Made by a program: the position numbers and the translations under genes
Part shown: piece by piece, positions 17,684 to 23,805 of the stretch
Layout of the letters: every line of letters starts with the position of its first letter
Position numbering within the stretch: the first letter of the stretch is position 1
DNA from: an uncultured delta proteobacterium
Lineage (GTDB): Bacteria; Myxococcota; Myxococcia; Myxococcales; 40CM-4-68-19
Assembly: GCA_903911145.1 (NCBI GenBank)
Contig: CAIWCD010000005.1
Span: forward strand, 62,001-85,805
DNA length: 23,805 bases
Reading direction: 5' to 3'
Notes under the pieces: model-generated
Told to the model about the DNA's origin: nothing
Seen by the model: the letters and a program-made list of their open reading frames with translations, nothing else
Database searches by the model: none

Positions 17684-19357
17684 GTGACCGAGTCTGCTCC
17701 GGCCAGCTCCGCTGAGGTGATGCGCCCGCCGGCCGGGCCACGCAAACGCGGCGGAGCCGCTCTGGTCGCGGCCGGGATTCTCCTCAGTCGCCTCGCTGGA
17801 TTCGTTCGCCAGCGCGTCTTCGCTCACTACCTCGGCACGATGGATGCGGCCGACGCCTACAACGCCGCGTTCAAGATCCCCAACTTTTTGCAGAACCTTC
17901 TCGGAGAGGGTGTCCTCTCCGCGTCATTCATCCCCGTCTACGCCCAACTCCGCGCGCGCGCCGAGCGCCTCGGTCAAAGCGAAGCGGAAGCCCGCAAACT
18001 GGCCTCGGCCGTCGCTGGACTCCTCGGCCTCCTGACGGGACTGCTCTGCCTCATGGGAATCTTCGCAACGCCATTCCTCATCGGCGCGATCGCTCCAGGT
18101 TTCACCGGCGAGAAGCGCGCGCTCACCATCCGCCTCGTCCAGATCTTCTTCCCGGGCATCGCGTTGCTGGTTCTCTCGGCGTTCTGCATCGGCGTTCTCA
18201 ACAGCCACCACAAGTTCTTCCTCAGCTATGCGGCGCCCGTGATCTGGAGCGCTGCGCAGATCGCCGCACTGGTCTTTGGCGATCGCGCGCACACCGGCGG
18301 CACGCCCGCGCTCGCAATCTGGGCCGCCTGGGGCTCGGTCGCGGGCGCGCTGCTGCAGCTGATGCTGCAACTTCCCTCTGTGCTGCGGCTGCTCGGTGGC
18401 ATCGGCCCCGGAGGTTTCTGGCCGACGCTCGGTCGCGGCAACGCCTACGCCGCGGAGGTCGTGCGCAACTTCCTCCCTGTGGTCACCGGCCGCGGCGTCG
18501 TCCAGCTCTCGGCCTATCTCGACAGCTTCATCGCGAGCTGGCTCCCGACGGGCGGTGTCGCGGCGCTCGCCTATGCGCAGACGATCTATCTCCTGCCCAT
18601 CTCACTGTTCGGAATGTCGATCTCCGCGGCGGCTCTTCCCTCGATGTCCGCAGCGCAAGGGGAGGGCGGAGACGAAGCTCGCGAAGCGTTGCGCGTCCAG
18701 CTCCAGCGCGGCCTGCGCGCGATCGCCTATCCAGTGGTGCCGGCGGTGATCGCGATGCTCGTGCTCGGCGATGTCATCTGCGCCGCGCTCTTTCGCACGG
18801 GCCGCTTTGGCTCAGATCAGGTGATCTACGTCTCGAGAATCCTCGCCGGCTCGACGATCGGACTGCTTGCCGCGACGCAGGCCCGCCTCTACTCGAGCGC
18901 CTACTACGCGTTGAAGGATACCCGCACTCCGCTTGTCTTTGCCGCGCTTCGCGTCCTCGCGACCGGCCTTCTCGGACTGCTCTGCGGCCTCTGGCTCCCT
19001 CGCGCGCTGCATGTCGATCTCTCGCTTGGCGCAGTTGGCCTGACCGCCTCCGCGGGCATCGCCGGCTGGGGCGAGTTCCTGCTTCTCCAGCGCGGCATCC
19101 ATCGCCGCATCGGCGAAGTGTCGCTGCCCAAGAGGCTCCAGCTTGAACTCTGGGGCTGCGCTGCAGTCTCCGGTTGCGTCGGCGCGCTTGCCAGACACTT
19201 GTTGGGCTTGGGTCCGCGGCTCCATCCTCTCCTCGTCGCCGCGATCGTCTTCGCGCTCTTCGGCCTCGTCTATCTCGCGACGACATCGCTGCTCGGAGTG
19301 CCCGAGGCCGAGGGGATGCTTCGTCGCCTGAGACTCAAGCGCTCGCGCCCGAACTGA
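17684..19357 (+). CDS. murJ: Lipid II flippase MurJ (MviN)
   Basis: GILLSRLAGFVRQ, ADAYNAAFKIPNFLQNLLGEGVLSASFIPVY, LAYAQTIYLLPISLFG, YYALKDTRTP. Start GTG 17684 or ATG 17720. Confidence 0.95.
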   Translation: MTESAPASSAEVMRPPAGPRKRGGAALVAAGILLSRLAGFVRQRVFAHYLGTMDAADAYNAAFKIPNFLQNLLGEGVLSASFIPVYAQLRARAERLGQSEAEARKLASAVAGLLGLLTGLLCLMGIFATPFLIGAIAPGFTGEKRALTIRLVQIFFPGIALLVLSAFCIGVLNSHHKFFLSYAAPVIWSAAQIAALVFGDRAHTGGTPALAIWAAWGSVAGALLQLMLQLPSVLRLLGGIGPGGFWPTLGRGNAYAAEVVRNFLPVVTGRGVVQLSAYLDSFIASWLPTGGVAALAYAQTIYLLPISLFGMSISAAALPSMSAAQGEGGDEAREALRVQLQRGLRAIAYPVVPAVIAMLVLGDVICAALFRTGRFGSDQVIYVSRILAGSTIGLLAATQARLYSSAYYALKDTRTPLVFAALRVLATGLLGLLCGLWLPRALHVDLSLGAVGLTASAGIAGWGEFLLLQRGIHRRIGEVSLPKRLQLELWGCAAVSGCVGALARHLLGLGPRLHPLLVAAIVFALFGLVYLATTSLLGVPEAEGMLRRLRLKRSRPN

Positions 19358-19502
19358 ACCCGTCATTGCAACGGGCGCAACAGCCCACGCGGGCGTGCAT
19401 CGACCGCAGTGCTTGACAGCACCCCCTGAACAATCGGATCTCTGCCCGACAATCTTAAGCGGGGGCATTGGTCTCCCCTGCCGATTGCAAGAGGGAAGCC
19501 CC

Positions 19503-20639
19503 ATGCCCCGTTTGTTTCTAGCCCTGCCGTTGGCTGTGCTGCTGCTTGCATCGCCATCTCACGCCGACTCTGCGAAGACTCACGTCGCTGCTGCTCACAA
19601 GGCGGAGAAATCGGGCAACTGGAGCAAGGCTCTTGAGGAGTGGCAGGCCGCGTATCGTCTCGATGCCAACGCCGACTACCTGATCGGCATGGGCGATGCG
19701 TACGCGAAGCTTGGAGACAAGGCGAATGCGCGCAAGCAGTACAACGCGTACCTCGCGGACCCTCTTTCGCTGGATACGGATGGCGTGAAGGGAAAGATCG
19801 CGGCCCTCGATAAGCCGGCCGCAGACGACCTCTCGCTCGATCTCGGCGGCCCTGCCCCTGCGCCCAAGAAGGTGGCGTCGGCGGACCTCGACCTCGATCT
19901 CGCGGGTCCGGTCGATGCGCCGAAGGCCAAGAAGGGTGGCAAGAAGGGCGGCAAGAAGGATGCGTCCGCCGATCTGTCGCTCGACCTCGGTGGCCCGGAT
20001 GGCCTTGATATCGGACCGCCCGCTCCTGCGCCGAAGAAGGAGACGAAGGAAACGAAGGTCGCGGCGAACGATCTCGATCTCGATCTTGTCGGCGGCCCCG
20101 ACCGCTCTGTCGGTGGCCCGTCGGCGAAGCCCAAGGACGACAAGAAGGTCGCCTCTGCCCAGCCGGCGCCTGCACCGGTCGCGCTGGCTCCCGCTCCGAT
20201 CGCGGCGGCGCCCAAGCCTGCGGCGCAGCCGGCCCCACAGCCTGCACCGGCAACGAAGGTCGCGGTTGCTGCTCCAGCGCCGAAAACGACTACTGCTCCC
20301 GCGCCGGCGAAGTCCGCTGCACAACCGGCCGCTGTGGCACAGAAGGCAGCTCCTCCTGCTGCCGTCGCGACCGTCAGCGGCGAGCCGCGCGTCGTCGAGC
20401 ACAATAACCGCGTGATCGCCTACTGCACGGCGGGCCTCGCCGTTGGCGCGCTGGCATTCGGCGGCGTCTATTACAGCAAGGCCTCGGCGAACCAGAGTGA
20501 CGTGACTGCGCAGATCCGCTCGGGTGCTCAGCAGCAGCAACTCCTCAACAGCGCGGGCCAGAACAAGAGCCTCGCGCTTGCGGGAATTCTTACCGGAGTC
20601 GTCCTGGCCGGTGTCACGACCGCCCTCTTCGTCTTTTAA
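19503..20639 (+). CDS. Secreted TPR-domain protein with low-complexity repeat linker and C-terminal hydrophobic hairpin
   Basis: ATG 19503 with GAGGG upstream; signal peptide MPRLFLALPLAVLLLASPSHA; TPR-like helices (GNWSKALEEWQAAY...MGDAYAKLGDKANARKQYNAYL); DLxLDLxG repeats; Pro/Ala/Lys stretch; two Gly-rich hydrophobic segments at the C-terminus. Confidence 0.8.
   Translation: MPRLFLALPLAVLLLASPSHADSAKTHVAAAHKAEKSGNWSKALEEWQAAYRLDANADYLIGMGDAYAKLGDKANARKQYNAYLADPLSLDTDGVKGKIAALDKPAADDLSLDLGGPAPAPKKVASADLDLDLAGPVDAPKAKKGGKKGGKKDASADLSLDLGGPDGLDIGPPAPAPKKETKETKVAANDLDLDLVGGPDRSVGGPSAKPKDDKKVASAQPAPAPVALAPAPIAAAPKPAAQPAPQPAPATKVAVAAPAPKTTTAPAPAKSAAQPAAVAQKAAPPAAVATVSGEPRVVEHNNRVIAYCTAGLAVGALAFGGVYYSKASANQSDVTAQIRSGAQQQQLLNSAGQNKSLALAGILTGVVLAGVTTALFVF
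19824..20099 (+). repeat. Intragenic dispersed peptide repeat D-L-[SD]-L-D-L-x-G-(G)-P
   Basis: DDLSLDLGGP, ADLDLDLAGP, ADLSLDLGGP, DGLDIGP (degenerate) and NDLDLDLVGGP, separated by Pro/Lys-rich spacers. Confidence 0.85.
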
Positions 20640-20694
20640 TCAAATTCCATTTTCTTGATTCGTTCGTGCGGTGCGCCTCAGGCCACCGCCAGTC

Positions 20695-20721
20695 GAACTC
20701 TTGATTGCCACGCCTTTCCGA
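20695..20721 (+). promoter_or_regulatory. Possible ECF (sigmaE-like) promoter
   Basis: GAACTC-N16-TCCGA resembles the RpoE-type GAACTT-N16-TCnnA; it ends 16 bp before the ATG at 20738. Confidence 0.3.
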
Positions 20722-20737
20722 ACTCCGGACAGACACC

Positions 20738-23700
20738 ATGACTGCATATCGATTCTCCGTACCTGCTGCCCTGCGCACCGCCGCTGTCGTCGCACTTCTC
20801 GCGATGGCGGCCTGCAGCGTGAATGAGGCGGGAAATATCCCCTGCGCAGACGACTCTTCGTGCCCGAGCGACTATCCGGTCTGCTCGGCCGGGAAGTGCA
20901 TCGCGGGAACGCCGACTGGCAGCGATACCGTGCAGATCGTTTCGATTAATGGGGTGCCGGCCGCGAGCGCGCCGCACGTGAGGGGCGTCGTGCACGCGAG
21001 CGTCGTGGCCAAGGCGAGCACGGGTGTTGGGGCAGTCACGCTGACCGCGGGCGTGATGGCTGATGGCGGTGCTTATGTAGCACTGGTTACGGATGCCGGA
21101 TCCGCGCCGGTCTATGACTTTGCAATCGATACAACCCAGATCGACGCCGGCGTGTCGCCGGACGGAGTCGCGATCACTCTGAGTGCGGCGGTTACAGGGG
21201 GCGATAAGACGACCGCGGTGGCCAACGCCACGGCGACCGTTGATAATGCGGCGCCGCTGCTGCTGACGAGCGACTCGGGCCAGACACTCAGGACTGGATC
21301 TGTTCTTAGCGTGCATGTCATCTCCAACGAGACTCTCGACCCCAATTCGTTGCACGCTGTCGTTACGGACGCGACGGGAACTGCAGTCGGAGATGGTGTC
21401 TTTGCGATTCCGTCGGGCGCTCCCGATGCAGGTGCGCTGAGCTATCTCGTTTCTTTCGGGATTACGGATGTCCTCGCGACGGGTTCGTACAACTTGACGA
21501 TTCGCGGCTCTGACCTCGCGGGAAACGCGGTTGCCACCGCACTGGTTGTGCCGTTCGCTGTGCGTGCTCCGGTTCCTTTGAGTAGCCACAACTTCAAAAT
21601 TACGAATTTGACAGGCGTAGCGATCGGAGGATTGCCGGCAGCGGCCGCAGGTGGATCGTTTACCGCCGCGCTGGATCTGCCCGCAGGACTGACCCCCGCG
21701 CCTACGAATGGAATTGTGATATCCTTGCTGGCTCCGGGCGCGACTGGTGCTGGAACCACTTTAACCGTTACCGGTAGCGGCACTCATTACTCAGCTACGT
21801 TTGCCGCGCCGAATATTGCCGGCATAGGAACCGTGACCGCGATGGTAACTGACGCGGCTGGGAACGAGAGCCAGGCGAATGCGCTCTATTTCGTTGACCT
21901 GAATGCCCCCGAGTTGACGGGGCTGACGCTCTCGCCGGCGTACGTGCTTGATACGAGCCAGACAGGGACGCATGAGCATGTGACGGTCAGCGGAACCGCA
22001 ACGGCAGCGTTGAGCAGCGCAGTTGTCACAACGAGCAACGGTGATGCGCCAGTTGGAACGCCGGTCCAATGTAAGTGCGATGGCGCTCAGTGCGGTTCCG
22101 ATACGTCGTCGGCACCGTTGGTTTCGTGCGACATCACGGTATCCAGCGCAGCGGGAGCGGTGACGGCAACTGTCGTCCTGACGGACAAGCTTGGCAATGT
22201 TTCGCCTGTTACGACGGCATATGAAGGGATTTATCAAATCGTCGCGGCGCCGGCGGCAGATAGCCTCACCGTCGATAACGCGATCATTACCCTTGGACAG
22301 GCGGCGAATCTCACGCCGAAATTTGAAAACGGGCAGGGCACGATTTGCGCGACGAATGATGGTCTGACCTGCAGCGGAACGGCCGTGCCCGTCAGCAGCC
22401 AAATCGCGATCTCCGTGGCGCCGATAGTCCCGACAAACTACCTCCTCACCGTCACGGGCCCGACGAGCGCAAGCGACGGAGTAATTGCGCGGCATACGCA
22501 ACAGGTGAACGTGGTTGGTGTTCCGACGGCGTCGCTCCTGACGGACAAGACATCTATCGATAGCGGCCACAGTTGTAATCTGACCCTCGCCTGGACGAAC
22601 GGCGTCGCAATCCTCAACACAACGATTGCCGGCGTGACGACTTCGTCCGCACCGCTGAGCGCGGGGGCCACTTCTGGTTCGATCGCGTCTCTGAGCGAGA
22701 CTCCGGCCGGAAACGCATCGTTCCAATTGGTGGTCACGAATAGCGCGAGCCATCCGGCGACGGCGACTTCGTCGCAGACGGTCTACGTCGGATCGCTGGC
22801 GTCGGCGTCTCTGTCGTCGTCCACTCCGACGATCATCCCCGGTGCGGCAGTAACACTGGTCTATACGATCTCTGCTACGGCAGTCAGTGCGACGATCAAT
22901 CCTGGAAACCTCTCGGGATTAACCATCGATGGTAACCAACACACATTAAACATTCCGTCGGGGCCGACGGGGACGACCATCTATTCTTTGACGGTGACAA
23001 ACCAGAATGGTTCGCCGCAGACGGCCACGACGACTGTGGCGGTGACTCAACCCGTGATTACAAGCTTCACTGGTCCGGCGTATGCGACGTCGGGAACTTC
23101 TTCAATCCCTGTCACCGTTGGATTCACAGGTGCGGGCGCAATGGCTTCCGTGACCGCGACTGGGTGGACCTGCACCGCCGGCGTTCCTAATGCGTCTCCT
23201 GCCGCGTTTGCCTGCACTGGTAGCACCCTCACTGCGAACACGACCTTTACAGCTACGGTGACGTTAGGCTCGTCCGCCCCTACGGCAACGACAACCGTCG
23301 CCGTTGCGCCGGACGTGACGCAGACAGCGAATGCGAACCTGACTTACGCAGGAGGGACGATTAACCCCGGAGCAACGGCGAGTCTGGTGACGACTGCCTG
23401 CGCGGGATGCGTGGCCGCGCTGAACCCTGCGCAAGGATCAGGGTCAATCCCTGGAACGGTGACGACGGCTGCACTTTCGCAGACGACCGTTTTTACCCTG
23501 TCGGTTTCGAACCAAGCAGGACAGCAGGCGCAGAAGACAGTGACGGTTCCTGTCGCAGCGCCGACGATCACGAGCTTCACTGCACCGAGCTACGCAACCA
23601 ACGGAACTTCGTCGTTAACGATGGTGGTCGCCTTCTCGACGACGAGCGGCACCGCGACAGCGTCGGTAACGTCGTCGGGCTGGAGCTGCACGGCGGCGGG

Positions 23701-23805
23701 TCTGGCGACCTCCTCGCCAGCGACCTTCACCTGCACGGGCAGCACAGTCACGGCGGACACGACGTTCTTGGCGACGGTCACGCAAGGAACCGCAGCACCG
23801 ACCGC
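20738..23805 (+). CDS. Large surface lipoprotein with Cys-rich N-terminal module and tandem Ig-like/PKD-like domains (partial, >1022 aa, runs off the right edge)
   Basis: Translated by hand from ATG 20738 with no in-frame stop to the window end. Lipobox-like LLAMAA-C26; CADDSSCPSDYPVCSAGKC; Ig-like signatures VDNAAP, GSYNLTIRGSDLAGN, VTAMVTDAAGN, VDLNAP and VVLTDKLGN; Thr/Ser/Ala/Val-rich beta-strand pattern. Confidence 0.9.
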   Translation, partial: MTAYRFSVPAALRTAAVVALLAMAACSVNEAGNIPCADDSSCPSDYPVCSAGKCIAGTPTGSDTVQIVSINGVPAASAPHVRGVVHASVVAKASTGVGAVTLTAGVMADGGAYVALVTDAGSAPVYDFAIDTTQIDAGVSPDGVAITLSAAVTGGDKTTAVANATATVDNAAPLLLTSDSGQTLRTGSVLSVHVISNETLDPNSLHAVVTDATGTAVGDGVFAIPSGAPDAGALSYLVSFGITDVLATGSYNLTIRGSDLAGNAVATALVVPFAVRAPVPLSSHNFKITNLTGVAIGGLPAAAAGGSFTAALDLPAGLTPAPTNGIVISLLAPGATGAGTTLTVTGSGTHYSATFAAPNIAGIGTVTAMVTDAAGNESQANALYFVDLNAPELTGLTLSPAYVLDTSQTGTHEHVTVSGTATAALSSAVVTTSNGDAPVGTPVQCKCDGAQCGSDTSSAPLVSCDITVSSAAGAVTATVVLTDKLGNVSPVTTAYEGIYQIVAAPAADSLTVDNAIITLGQAANLTPKFENGQGTICATNDGLTCSGTAVPVSSQIAISVAPIVPTNYLLTVTGPTSASDGVIARHTQQVNVVGVPTASLLTDKTSIDSGHSCNLTLAWTNGVAILNTTIAGVTTSSAPLSAGATSGSIASLSETPAGNASFQLVVTNSASHPATATSSQTVYVGSLASASLSSSTPTIIPGAAVTLVYTISATAVSATINPGNLSGLTIDGNQHTLNIPSGPTGTTIYSLTVTNQNGSPQTATTTVAVTQPVITSFTGPAYATSGTSSIPVTVGFTGAGAMASVTATGWTCTAGVPNASPAAFACTGSTLTANTTFTATVTLGSSAPTATTTVAVAPDVTQTANANLTYAGGTINPGATASLVTTACAGCVAALNPAQGSGSIPGTVTTAALSQTTVFTLSVSNQAGQQAQKTVTVPVAAPTITSFTAPSYATNGTSSLTMVVAFSTTSGTATASVTSSGWSCTAAGLATSSPATFTCTGSTVTADTTFLATVTQGTAAPT
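23051..23805 (+). repeat. Diverged intragenic domain repeat with 510-nt (170 aa) period
   Basis: PVITSFTGPAYATSGTSS...GWTC...SPAAFACTGSTLTANTTFTATVT (from 23051) versus PTITSFTAPSYATNGTSS...GWSC...SPATFTCTGSTVTADTTFLATVT (from 23561). Confidence 0.9.

Noticed and set aside
19413..19418. Perfect TTGACA -35 hexamer
   Set aside because: No -10-like hexamer at 16-18 bp spacing (GGATCT), so it was not called as a promoter.
19824..20099. Regularly spaced GATCTC-rich DNA repeats as a possible CRISPR array
   Set aside because: The repeats are in-frame, degenerate at synonymous positions and irregularly spaced, and no cas genes are present; they are peptide repeats.
20678..23781. Minus-strand ORFs listed in the track for the right end
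   Set aside because: They are antisense to the continuous + strand lipoprotein ORF starting at 20738.

Overview
GC-rich bacterial chromosomal window, probably from a Myxococcota/deltaproteobacterial organism (inferred from an AgmX/PglI-type domain, a Cys-rich lipoprotein N-terminus and a TPR protein with a C-terminal hydrophobic hairpin). Left to right: the 5' part of a secreted protein on the minus strand running off the left edge; rlmN; a complete, translationally coupled phosphate locus (phoB-phoR-pstSCAB-phoU) preceded by a pho-box-like array; mtnP; a secreted AgmX/PglI-domain protein; a minus-strand efflux operon (TetR, MFP, RND, TolC-like, MFS) whose leader has two palindromic operators and a sigma54-like -24/-12 element; murJ; a secreted TPR protein with acidic/basic D-L-x-L-D-L repeats; and a >1022-codon Ig-like repeat lipoprotein gene, absent from the supplied ORF track because it runs off the right edge. 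No rRNA, tRNA, CRISPR array or transposase was recognised. The least-explained parts are the TPR/giant-lipoprotein pair, the sigma54-plus-TetR control region and the membrane-anchorless PhoR.
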